DNA of 64,000 nucleotides. It comes from Acidobacteriota bacterium. GTDB taxonomy: Bacteria; Acidobacteriota; Vicinamibacteria; Vicinamibacterales; JAKQTR01. The stretch spans positions 26,368 to 90,367 of the forward strand of contig JBAXOX010000008.1 in the NCBI GenBank assembly GCA_037133015.1, given 5' to 3'. Of this stretch, positions 55,488 to 64,000 are shown piece after piece (position 1 is the first letter of the stretch; every line of letters starts with the position of its first letter). The notes beneath the pieces were generated by a model. It saw only the letters and a program-made list of their open reading frames with translations. It was not told where the DNA came from and searched no databases. The position numbers and the translations under genes were made by a program.

Positions 55488-56492
55488 ATGGCTGTTGAAC
55501 TGCTGGAATTCGAAGAGCCCATCGGTGTCCTGCAAAAGGAGATCGAGGCGCTGAGCATGATGCCGCGGACCGAGAGCCGCAGTCAGGACATCGATCGGCT
55601 CAAGGGCCGGGTCGAGAGCCTGCGGGCGGAAATCTTCACGACGCTGACGCCGTGGCAGCGGGTGCTGGTGGCGCGCCATGCGGGCCGGCCGGGTACCTCC
55701 GACTACATCGAGAGCCTGTTTACCGATTTCGTCGAGATCCGCGGCGACCGTCGATTCGCCGACGACAAGGCGATCATCTGCGGCTCGGCCAGGTATCACG
55801 GGCAGCACGTGCTGGTGGTCGGGCACGAAAAAGGCGGGACGACGAAGGAGAAGATCGCCCGCAATTTCGGATACGCCAGGCCCGAAGGCTATCGCAAGGC
55901 CATCCGCACGATGCGCATCGCCGAAAAGTTCGGCCGGCCGGTGATCGTGTTTGTCGATACCCCCGCGGCGTTTCCCGGCATCGAGTCGGAGGAACGCGGC
56001 GTGGCCGAGGCCATCGCCTACAACCTGCGCGAGATGGCCGTGCTCGACGTGCCGGTGGTGATCGCGATCTGCGGCGAGGGCGGAAGCGGCGGCGCGCTGG
56101 GCATTGCGATTGGCGACCGGGTGCTCATCCAGGAATTCGCCATCTACAGCGTCATTCCACCCGAAGGCTGTTCGGCCATTCTGTGGCGCGACTCGGGGCG
56201 GAAAGTCGAAGCGGCCCAGGCGCTCAAACTGACGGCGCCGGATTTGATCGGTCTTGGAATCGTGGATCAGATCGTGCCCGAACCGCTGGGCGGCGCGCAT
56301 CAGGATCCGGCGAAAGCCTCGGAGTATCTGGACGCGGCCATCACCCGGACGCTGGCCGAAATCTCCGGATGGACATCCGAGGACCGGCTCGCCCGCCGCT
56401 ACCAGAAGTTCCGGAACATGGGTCGGCTCGGCATCGATTTCGTGGACGGCGAGGCCGCGGCCCTCGTCAGCCCGGACGCCAGCCCCCGCTGA
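55488..56492 (+). CDS. accA: Acetyl-CoA carboxylase carboxyltransferase subunit alpha
   Basis: LEFEEPIGVLQKEIEAL..., RPGTSDYIESLFTDFVEIRGDR and FVDTPAAFPGIESEERG. GTG 55485 and ATG 55488 are adjacent candidate starts. Confidence 0.95.
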   Translation: MAVELLEFEEPIGVLQKEIEALSMMPRTESRSQDIDRLKGRVESLRAEIFTTLTPWQRVLVARHAGRPGTSDYIESLFTDFVEIRGDRRFADDKAIICGSARYHGQHVLVVGHEKGGTTKEKIARNFGYARPEGYRKAIRTMRIAEKFGRPVIVFVDTPAAFPGIESEERGVAEAIAYNLREMAVLDVPVVIAICGEGGSGGALGIAIGDRVLIQEFAIYSVIPPEGCSAILWRDSGRKVEAAQALKLTAPDLIGLGIVDQIVPEPLGGAHQDPAKASEYLDAAITRTLAEISGWTSEDRLARRYQKFRNMGRLGIDFVDGEAAALVSPDASPR

Positions 56493-58219
56493 TGGTCTCC
56501 TATGTCTGGGACGAGCTGGCGTGCGACCCGACACAAGCCGGCACGTTGGCCGAGGCCCTCGGGCTGAAGCCGCTGCTCGCGCGCCTGCTGTGCCTGCGCG
56601 GGGTGGACACGCCCGAGGCGGCCGATCGTTTTCTGCATCCCTCCCTCGACCACCTGCACGATCCATTTCGCCTTGAGGGCATGCGCCCGGCGGTGGAGCG
56701 CCTGCTCGCCGCGGTGGCCAACGGCGAACGCATCGTGGTGCACGGCGACTACGACGTCGACGGCATCACCTCGACGGTCATCGTCCGTCGGACGCTGGAG
56801 TTGCTGGGCGCCAACGTCGGGCACTTTCTGCCGGAGCGGCTGAGGGACGGCTACGGACTCAATGCCGCGACCATCGATCGGCTGCACGCCGAGGGCGTCC
56901 GGGTGATCGTATCGGTCGATTGCGGCATTCGCGGCGTCGAGGCGGGGCGGCGGGCGAGGGAACTGGGCGTCGACCTGATCATCACCGATCACCACGAACC
57001 CGACGATCACCTGCCAGACGCGGTGGCCATCATCAATCCGCGGCAGCCGTCGTGCACGTACCCGGACAAGAATCTGGCCGGCGTGGGCGTGGCCCTGAAA
57101 CTGGTGCAGGCGTTGTGCGGTCGGACCGGCCACGATCGCTGGCTGCCCGGTTTCGTCAAGATCGCCGCGCTGGGCACCCTGGCCGATGTGGTGCCGCTGG
57201 TGGGCGAGAACCGGGTGATTGCCAAGCTGGGCCTGGAGGCCCTGTCGCGAGGCCCCAACAAGATTGGTCTGCGGGCGCTGATCGAGTCGGCAGGCCTCAC
57301 TGGCAAGACGATCGACAGTTATCACGTGGCGTTCATGCTGGCGCCGCGCATCAACGCGGCCGGCAGAATGAGCACGCCCGACATCGCCATGCGGCTGCTG
57401 CTCGCGTCGGATGATGGCGAGGCGACGCAGGCCCGCGATCTGGCCACGCAGCTGAATCACGAGAACGAGCGGCGTCAGCAGGAAGAGCGGACCATCGTGG
57501 CGCACGCCAAGCGCATGGTGGAAGGCGACCCCGACATCGGCGCGCGATCGGTGCTCGTGGTGGCGGGCGAGGGCTGGCATCGGGGTGTCATCGGGATCGT
57601 CGCCTCCAAGCTGGTTGACGCGTTTCACCGGCCGTCCATCGTGATGTCTATTGACGGCGACACCGCCCACGGTTCGTGCCGCAGCATTCCTGGATTCGAC
57701 ATCCTGGCCGCCCTCGAGGCGCACGCCGGGATGTTCGAGAAGTTCGGCGGTCACCGCGCTGCCGCGGGGCTGACGATGGAGACCGGCCGGATCAAGGCGT
57801 TCCGGCAGGCTGTGACGACCTGGGCCGACGAGCGTCTCGGGCCCGACGACGTGCGGCCCAGGCTCCGGCTCGACGCGGCGCTGCGGCTGCCGGAGATTAC
57901 CGACGGATTGCTGGAGATCCTGGGCGCCCTGGGGCCGTACGGCGCCGGCAACGCGAAACCGCTGTTCCATTCGCGGGCGGTGACGGTGGCCGACGGACCG
58001 CGCCGGATGAAAGATCGCCATCTCAGCCTGAGCGTGCGGCAGGACGGCGCGGCCTTCCGGGCGGTGTTCTGGAGGGGCGCGGAGCGGGCCGCCGTCATCG
58101 AGGAGTCGCGCTCGGCGCTGGACGTCGCGTTCTGGGTCGAACAGAATACGTTCAACGGCATGACGAGAAACGAACTGTCGCTGGCCGACGTGCGGGCGGC
58201 CCAACGAGGCGACCGATGA
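56492..58219 (+). CDS. recJ: Single-stranded-DNA-specific exonuclease RecJ
   Basis: ATG 56492 shares one nt with the accA TGA. The DHH motifs are VVHGDYDVDGITS, VSVDCG and IITDHH. DHHA1 is GGHRAAAG. Confidence 0.93.
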   Translation: MVSYVWDELACDPTQAGTLAEALGLKPLLARLLCLRGVDTPEAADRFLHPSLDHLHDPFRLEGMRPAVERLLAAVANGERIVVHGDYDVDGITSTVIVRRTLELLGANVGHFLPERLRDGYGLNAATIDRLHAEGVRVIVSVDCGIRGVEAGRRARELGVDLIITDHHEPDDHLPDAVAIINPRQPSCTYPDKNLAGVGVALKLVQALCGRTGHDRWLPGFVKIAALGTLADVVPLVGENRVIAKLGLEALSRGPNKIGLRALIESAGLTGKTIDSYHVAFMLAPRINAAGRMSTPDIAMRLLLASDDGEATQARDLATQLNHENERRQQEERTIVAHAKRMVEGDPDIGARSVLVVAGEGWHRGVIGIVASKLVDAFHRPSIVMSIDGDTAHGSCRSIPGFDILAALEAHAGMFEKFGGHRAAAGLTMETGRIKAFRQAVTTWADERLGPDDVRPRLRLDAALRLPEITDGLLEILGALGPYGAGNAKPLFHSRAVTVADGPRRMKDRHLSLSVRQDGAAFRAVFWRGAERAAVIEESRSALDVAFWVEQNTFNGMTRNELSLADVRAAQRGDR

Positions 58220-60339
58220 GCCGCTGGCAGAAATGGCTGCGCGCCGCGGTCGCGGTCTTCGGTGTCGGGTTCGCGGTCGTGTTGTTCGTTTCGATTCGCG
58301 GCTCGAAGCCGCCGTCGAAAGGGCAGCGGGCGGTTGGGCGCGTCGACAGCGCGGCGGCGGCCGAAGCCACCAAAGGCTCGGTCCGCAGCTTAGGGGCGCA
58401 GGCGGAGAAGTGGAACGTCGAGTTCGACCACAGCCTGGCCTACGAAGACGGTCGCCAGAAGTTGACCGGCGTTCGGGCGGTCATTCCGCACCGGGACGGC
58501 CGCACGTTCACGCTCAAGGGCAAGGAAGCCGAAATCGGTCCCAATCAGGAGCAACTCGTGATGCGGGGCGCGATCGAGTTGACGGCCAACGACGGCCTGG
58601 TGGCCCGGACCGAGGAGGCCTCGTTCAATCAGAAGGAAGGCGTGCTCCGGACGCCGCAGCATTTCGAATTCACGCGCAACCGGCTCTCCGGATCGTCCAC
58701 CGGGATGAGTTACGACCAGAATGCCGACGTGATCTGGCTCCTCGACAACGCCGCCCTCAAGATGCTGCCCGCTGCGCCCACCGGCGAGGTGACGACGATC
58801 GACGCCGGCGCCGCGACGCTGGCGCGGCGAGACCACTACGCGCGCTTCGAGAGAGGCTTTCGGTTGACCACCGGATCCCGGGTGCTCGAGAGCGAGGCGT
58901 CCACCGCGTTTCTCACGGACGACGATGCAAAAGTGACGTCGCTGGAGATGCGGGGCACCTCGCGGATCAGCGGCCTGGGCGACGGATCGGGCGCGGTCAA
59001 GGGGATGCAGGCCGACGATGTCACGCTCGAGTTCGCGGGCGACGGGCGGACGCTGCAAGGGGCCACGCTGTCCCGGAATGCGTCGGTGGACATGATGGAC
59101 GCGTCGGGCGGGGCCCGCAGAATTACGGCCGACTGGATTGACGTGCGTCTGGCGCCTGACGGGAGCACGGTGTCGGGGCTCACCGCGCGCGACAACATGA
59201 CGTTGACGCTGCCGGCGAGCAAGGAGGAGCCGGCGCGGGTGATTTCGGCCGGCACGCTCACCTCGAAAGGCGAGCCCGGAAAGGGTCTCACCTCGGCGAA
59301 ACTGATCGGCGACGTGGTGTATCGCGAGACGCGACAGGGCGCGTCGGGCCCGGTCACGCGGCGCGTCACCGGGCGGACGCTGGATCTGGTGACGCAGCCG
59401 GGGCTCGGCGATATCGACGAAGCGAGGTTCGCCGGTTCGGTCCGCTTCGACGAGGCCCCGCTTCGGTCGCTGTCGGGATCGGCGCGGTACCTGGTGAAAC
59501 GCAGCGTCGTCGAGCTCGAGGGCAACGACGAGGTGTCGGGCCGCATGCCGCGCGTCACCGATGGGCAGGTCACCATCGACGCCCGGACGATCGAGATGAC
59601 GGTGGACACGCGCCAGGTGGCTGCCACCACCGACGTTCGCAGTGTGATGGTGGCGGCGGCGGCGGCAGGAGCGGCGGGCACGGTGCATCGCGCGGCGATG
59701 CTGAAACAGGATCTGCCCGTGTACGCGACTGCCGATAACCTGGTCTACGACGGTCTCAAGCATCTGGCCATCTACAGCAAGGATGCGCGCCTGTGGCAGG
59801 GCGACACAGCGATTTCGGGCGACAGTGTGACCGTCGATGACGCCGGCGGGAATCTGGCGGCCAAGGGCAACGCGCGATCCACGCTGATGCTGGAGCAGAC
59901 CGACGCGAAGACCAAGAAGGTGACGCGAACCGCGAGCATCGCCGCGGGCAACACGATGAGCTACCTGGACAGCCATCGCGTGGCGACCTACACGACCAAT
60001 GCGCACGCCTTCGGTCCGCAAGGCGATCTGCACGCCGACCGAATCGAACTATTCCTCAAACCGTCGGGTGCCGAACTGGATCGGGTGGAGGCGTATGCCA
60101 ACGTCTCCACCCGGGACGCCGCCCGGTTCGCCACCGGCGAGCGGCTGACCTATTTCGCCGACGACGCGCGCTACGTGATGCTCGGCGCGCCGGTCAAGGT
60201 GTGCGCGGACTCCCGCGAAACGACGGGCCGAACTTTGAAATTCTTCAAAGATTCGAATACGATCTCGGTCGACGGGACCGAGGAATTTCGCACACAGATG
60301 AAGGCTGGCGCCCTGTGCGGGGAGCCACGTAAAGACTGA
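58216..60339 (+). CDS. Membrane-anchored LptC/LptA (OstA-like) multi-module periplasmic protein
   Basis: ATG 58216 overlaps the recJ TGA (ATGA). The N-terminal anchor is WLRAAVAVFGVGFAVVLFVSI, followed by ~680 aa of beta-rich OstA-like repeats (e.g. ITADWIDVRL, LHADRIELFLKP, ATGERLTYF). It lies immediately upstream of lptB with no gap. Confidence 0.7.
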   Translation: MSRWQKWLRAAVAVFGVGFAVVLFVSIRGSKPPSKGQRAVGRVDSAAAAEATKGSVRSLGAQAEKWNVEFDHSLAYEDGRQKLTGVRAVIPHRDGRTFTLKGKEAEIGPNQEQLVMRGAIELTANDGLVARTEEASFNQKEGVLRTPQHFEFTRNRLSGSSTGMSYDQNADVIWLLDNAALKMLPAAPTGEVTTIDAGAATLARRDHYARFERGFRLTTGSRVLESEASTAFLTDDDAKVTSLEMRGTSRISGLGDGSGAVKGMQADDVTLEFAGDGRTLQGATLSRNASVDMMDASGGARRITADWIDVRLAPDGSTVSGLTARDNMTLTLPASKEEPARVISAGTLTSKGEPGKGLTSAKLIGDVVYRETRQGASGPVTRRVTGRTLDLVTQPGLGDIDEARFAGSVRFDEAPLRSLSGSARYLVKRSVVELEGNDEVSGRMPRVTDGQVTIDARTIEMTVDTRQVAATTDVRSVMVAAAAAGAAGTVHRAAMLKQDLPVYATADNLVYDGLKHLAIYSKDARLWQGDTAISGDSVTVDDAGGNLAAKGNARSTLMLEQTDAKTKKVTRTASIAAGNTMSYLDSHRVATYTTNAHAFGPQGDLHADRIELFLKPSGAELDRVEAYANVSTRDAARFATGERLTYFADDARYVMLGAPVKVCADSRETTGRTLKFFKDSNTISVDGTEEFRTQMKAGALCGEPRKD

Positions 60340-61065
60340 ATGGCTACGCTCCGCACCGATGCCCTCACCAAGTCGTACGGCGGCCGCACGGTCGTCAAGG
60401 GCGTCAGTGTGGACGTGGCATCGGGCGAAGTGGTCGGGTTGCTCGGCCCGAATGGCGCCGGCAAGACCACCACCTTCTACATGACCGTCGGCCTGACGGC
60501 CCCGGATTCGGGCCGGGTGCTGCTCAACGGGATCGACGTCACCGACGACCCGATGTACATCCGGGCGCGCAAGGGCATCGGCTACCTGCCGCAGGAGCCG
60601 TCGGTGTTCCGCGGCCTCACGGTTCAGCAGAACATCTACGCCATCCTCGAGACGCTGCCGATCAAGTCGGCCGAGCGACGGTCCCGGCTGCGGGAACTGC
60701 TCGCCGAGTTGAATCTGACGCCGCTGGCCGGGGCTCCGGCGTACACGTTGTCGGGCGGCGAGCGCCGCCGCGTCGAGATCACGCGGGCGCTGGTCGTGTC
60801 GCCGCAGTTCATCCTGCTCGACGAGCCGTTTGCCGGCATCGACCCGATCGCGGTGTCAGACATTCAGAAGATCATCTTCCACCTCAAGCAGCGGGGCATC
60901 GGGGTGCTCATCACCGACCACAACGTCCGGGAGACGCTGCGGATCACCGATCGCGCCTACATCGTCAACGATGGCGTGATCTTCCGCAGTGGCACCCCCG
61001 AGAGCCTGGCGGCCGACGAAGAGGTTCGACGCATCTACCTGGGCGCCGATTTCCGGCTGGACTGA
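60340..61065 (+). CDS. lptB: LPS export ABC transporter ATP-binding protein LptB
   Basis: Walker [15 protein letters not shown], signature [15 protein letters not shown], Walker [14 protein letters not shown], and the context upstream of rpoN. Confidence 0.95.
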   Translation: MATLRTDALTKSYGGRTVVKGVSVDVASGEVVGLLGPNGAGKTTTFYMTVGLTAPDSGRVLLNGIDVTDDPMYIRARKGIGYLPQEPSVFRGLTVQQNIYAILETLPIKSAERRSRLRELLAELNLTPLAGAPAYTLSGGERRRVEITRALVVSPQFILLDEPFAGIDPIAVSDIQKIIFHLKQRGIGVLITDHNVRETLRITDRAYIVNDGVIFRSGTPESLAADEEVRRIYLGADFRLD

Positions 61066-61102
61066 TAGTCGTCCGAACGACTACACTTCGGTACAGGCGG
61101 CC

Positions 61103-62533
61103 ATGGCCATCCAGCAGAAACTGCACACGAAACTCGTTCAAAAACTGATCCTGACGCCGTCGTTGCAGCAGGCGATAAAGCTGCTGCCGATGTCGACGCT
61201 GGAACTGGCCGACCTGCTCAATCAGGAGGTGGTCGAGAACCCGATGCTCGAGGAAGTGGCCACCGACGACGCGCAGGCCGCCGAGAACGCGGCCTCCGAA
61301 AAATCGGAGGGCGACGCCGAGGCCTCGGCGCCCAAGTCCGACAACTGGGACGACAGCGACTACGCCTATTTCTTCGGCGATTACCTCGACGATGGCTACC
61401 GGCCGCGGACCCAGCAGGAAGTCAAGGAACTCCCCCCCATCGAGAACACGTTGTCGACGAGCACGTCGCTCGCCGACCACCTGCAGTGGCAGTTGTCGCT
61501 ACAGGCGACCGACGAGACCACGCGGTCGATTGGCGACGCGGTGATCGGCAACCTCGACGACGACGGGTACCTGGTGGCGTCGGTCGACGAGATTGCGACG
61601 ATGGGCGGGTGGAGCGTCGAGCAAGTCGAGCGAGCCCTGCAGGTGGTGCAGCGGTTCGACCCGGTCGGGGTCGCCGCGCGCGACCTGCAGGAATGCCTGA
61701 GCCTCCAGTTGCGGCACATCGGCCACGACACGTCGATCGCCGAACGCATCGTGACCGAGCATCTGCGCCTGCTGCAGAACCATCAGGTGCCCGAGATCGC
61801 CAAGAAGCTGGGCATGACGATCGACGAGGTCAAGGAACACGTCGAGCTGATCCGTCACCTGGATCCGAAGCCGGGCAGCCGGTTCAACAGGCCGGACTCC
61901 CATTACGTGATGCCCGATGTCTACGTGATCAAGGTGGAGGATCAGTACGTGGCGGCCCTGAACGAAGAGGGGTTGCCGCAGCTTCGCATCAGTCCGGTGT
62001 ATCGCCGGTTGCTCGACAAGAGCGCCGACAATACCGATGAGACGCGCGCCTACGTCAAGGACAAGTTCCGGTCGGCGTTGTGGCTGATCAAGTCGGTCGA
62101 ACAGCGGCAGAAGACGATTCACAAAGTGGCGACCAGCATCATCACGTTCCAGCGGGAATTCCTGGACCAGGGAATCGAGTGCCTCAGGCCGCTGGTGCTG
62201 CGCGACGTGGCGAACGACATCGGGATGCACGAATCGACGGTGAGTCGGGTCGTCACCAACAAGTACATGCACACGCCGCAAGGCGTGTTCGAGATGAAGT
62301 ACTTCTTCCACAGCGGGATCAGCAGTTCCTTCGGTGACAGCGTCTCGTCGGTGACGATCAAGCAACGCATCCGGAAGATCATCGACGCCGAGGACGCCCG
62401 CAAGCCGTTGAGCGATTCGAAGATCGTCAGCATCCTCCAGAAGGAGGGCCTGGTCCTGGCCCGCCGGACGATCGCGAAGTATCGCGAGGAACTGAAGATC
62501 TCCACGTCCAATCAGCGCAAAACGCTCTATTGA
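61103..62533 (+). CDS. rpoN: RNA polymerase sigma-54 factor
   Basis: Preferred start ATG 61103 gives MAIQQKLHTKLVQKLILTPSLQQAIKLLPMSTLEL (region I). An acidic region II follows. The C-terminal RpoN box is ARRTIAKYRE. Confidence 0.95.
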   Translation: MAIQQKLHTKLVQKLILTPSLQQAIKLLPMSTLELADLLNQEVVENPMLEEVATDDAQAAENAASEKSEGDAEASAPKSDNWDDSDYAYFFGDYLDDGYRPRTQQEVKELPPIENTLSTSTSLADHLQWQLSLQATDETTRSIGDAVIGNLDDDGYLVASVDEIATMGGWSVEQVERALQVVQRFDPVGVAARDLQECLSLQLRHIGHDTSIAERIVTEHLRLLQNHQVPEIAKKLGMTIDEVKEHVELIRHLDPKPGSRFNRPDSHYVMPDVYVIKVEDQYVAALNEEGLPQLRISPVYRRLLDKSADNTDETRAYVKDKFRSALWLIKSVEQRQKTIHKVATSIITFQREFLDQGIECLRPLVLRDVANDIGMHESTVSRVVTNKYMHTPQGVFEMKYFFHSGISSSFGDSVSSVTIKQRIRKIIDAEDARKPLSDSKIVSILQKEGLVLARRTIAKYREELKISTSNQRKTLY

Positions 62534-62540
62534 GGCCGTC

Positions 62541-63071
62541 ATGAGACTGGCACTGACAGGAAGAGGCGTGGATATCACGCCGGATCTGCGCAAGCTGGTC
62601 GGGCGCAAGCTCGCCAGGCTCGAGCGCATCTTGAGTGACAAGGGCGTGTCGGGCCAGGTAGAGCTGCGGCTCGAGAAGTTCCGGCACGTCACCGAACTCC
62701 ACGTGCACATGCGCGGAGGCCATCTGCTCCAGGCCACCGCGGCGGCCACCGCCTGGGAGCGATCGCTGGTCGATGCGTCCGACAAGGTGATTCAGCAGGT
62801 CGAGACGCTCAAGGGCAAGTGGCAGGAACGCAAGCGGGCGTCGCAGCCGCCGCGCCGCGTCGCCGAGGCCGCGATTCCCCCGGCCACCGTCCGGCGGATC
62901 GTGCGGGCGCGTCGGTACGCGGTGCGCCCGCTCTCGCTCGAAGAGGCCGCGCAACTGGTCGGGCCGTCGGCCGATGCGTTCGTCGTGTTCAGGAATCCCG
63001 GAACCGAGGCCGTCAGTGTGCTCTACCGGCGCAAGGACGGCGATCTGGGCCTGATCGAGCCGCAGGGCTGA
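62541..63071 (+). CDS. hpf: Ribosome hibernation promoting factor (long HPF/RaiA family)
   Basis: MRLALTGRGVDITPDLRKLVGRKLARLERIL, plus a C-terminal dimerisation-type domain (FVVFRNPGTEAVSVLYRRKDGDLGLIEP). It lies downstream of rpoN. Confidence 0.9.
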   Translation: MRLALTGRGVDITPDLRKLVGRKLARLERILSDKGVSGQVELRLEKFRHVTELHVHMRGGHLLQATAAATAWERSLVDASDKVIQQVETLKGKWQERKRASQPPRRVAEAAIPPATVRRIVRARRYAVRPLSLEEAAQLVGPSADAFVVFRNPGTEAVSVLYRRKDGDLGLIEPQG

Positions 63072-63076
63072 GCACG

Positions 63077-64000
63077 ATGGTCGCCGGCCCGCCGCCGCCG
63101 CCTTCGCCAGGCCATAGCGTGATGGTGGGCAGCCTGTTACGAGTGCGGGCCGACGCCTTCAACCTGGGCCTGGAACTGCTGGCGGGCCGCGAAGGTCTGG
63201 GACGCCTGATTCTCAGCCCGTACGTGCTCAAGACCGGCCTCGCGTTGGCGGGGTTCGACGCCTACCTGCAGCCAGGCCGGGTGCTGGTGTTCGGCGCCAG
63301 CGAACTCGGCTACCTCGACAGCCTGTCCCCGGACGCGCGCGTGACGAGCCTCTCGCGCACGCTGAGACACGACATCCCGTGCATCCTGATTACCGACGGC
63401 AACGCCGTGCCCGATGAACTCCCGGCCGAGGCGGAGCGCGTCGCCGTGCCGGTGTTGCGCACGCGAATCGCCACGCCCATCGCCATCGCGAAACTCACCG
63501 GCTATCTGGAGGATCTCCTCGCTGAGCGCACCATTCTCCACGCGGTGCTGATGGATCTGCTCGGCCTCGGCGTGTTGATCGTCGGCGAGAGCGGCATCGG
63601 CAAGAGCGAGTGCGCCATGGACTTGATTCTGCGCGGGCACCGGCTGGTCGCCGATGATACCGTCGAGGTGCGGCGGCGGGCCGAATCGGTGCTGATCGGG
63701 ACGTGCCCGGAGTTGACCCGCTTCCACATGGAAATTCGCGGACTGGGCGTGGTCAACGTCAAGGACCTGTTCGGCGTGGCGTCCACGCGCGTGTCGAAGC
63801 GCGTGGAGTTGGTGGTGCAGCTGGAGCGCTGGGAGGCGGGGCGGCAGTACGACCGCCTCGGGATCGACGAGGAGCATTTCGACGTGCTGGGCCTGCGCGT
63901 GCCGCTGATTCGTATGCCGGTGGCGCCGGGGCGAAGCGTGGCCAACCTGGTGGAGGTCGCCGCACGGAACCAGTTGCTGCGGTCGCGCGGGATCAACGCC
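63077..64000 (+). CDS. hprK: HPr kinase/phosphorylase (3' end truncated by the window edge)
   Basis: An open frame runs from ATG 63077 to the window end, which is why it is absent from the ORF track (no stop). P-loop LIVGESGIGKSECAMDL, then HRLVADD and EIRGLGVVNV. Confidence 0.9.
   Translation, partial: MVAGPPPPPSPGHSVMVGSLLRVRADAFNLGLELLAGREGLGRLILSPYVLKTGLALAGFDAYLQPGRVLVFGASELGYLDSLSPDARVTSLSRTLRHDIPCILITDGNAVPDELPAEAERVAVPVLRTRIATPIAIAKLTGYLEDLLAERTILHAVLMDLLGLGVLIVGESGIGKSECAMDLILRGHRLVADDTVEVRRRAESVLIGTCPELTRFHMEIRGLGVVNVKDLFGVASTRVSKRVELVVQLERWEAGRQYDRLGIDEEHFDVLGLRVPLIRMPVAPGRSVANLVEVAARNQLLRSRGINA

Noticed and set aside
53661-56666. 1001-aa minus-strand ORF, with similar ones at 51078..53459, 56399..58204, 58390..60033 and 61499..62785
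   Set aside because: All are antisense shadows of dnaE, accA, recJ, lptC/A and rpoN. They have low-complexity Arg/Pro/Gly-rich translations and no recognisable domains.

Overview
GC-rich bacterial chromosomal segment. The gene content suggests an Acidobacteriota-like diderm; this is inference from the TIGR03436-type VWA protein, the secreted M14 and BNR/sortilin-like proteins, and the lptB-rpoN-hpf-hprK block. I can support 43 CDS (the last truncated by the window end), one tRNA-Arg(CCT), and a few repeats, hairpins and promoter-like sites. I saw no rRNA, CRISPR array, transposase or integrase.

Housekeeping blocks:
- acyP-apt.
- pruA.
- mutS-SBP-speB.
- gltB-gltD.
- tsaB-rimI.
- psd-pssA.
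- A 12-kb co-directional run: dnaE-accA-recJ-lptC/A-lptB-rpoN-hpf-hprK.

The accessory-looking stretch is about 16.4-25.4 kb. It holds BrnT/BrnA, a DUF4160/DUF2442 pair, tRNA-Arg, a nucleotidyltransferase plus 63-aa partner, and a 970-aa secreted orphan protein.

Candidates most worth follow-up:
- The nucleotidyltransferase/small-protein module and the neighbouring two-gene modules.
- The 970-aa orphan protein.
- A single-polypeptide NfnB/GltD-like plus PyrK/NfnA-like oxidoreductase.
- A 707-aa apparent LptC-LptA fusion.
- An in-frame 126-bp duplication of the M14 gene 3' end, including its stop codon.
- Three CAGACA hexamers at exact 20-nt spacing in the gltB leader.

Nothing here can be shown to be a novel system from sequence alone. 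All functional calls rest on motif recognition by eye, with no searches run. Many very long ORFs in the track are antisense shadows of real genes, as expected at high GC, and were rejected.
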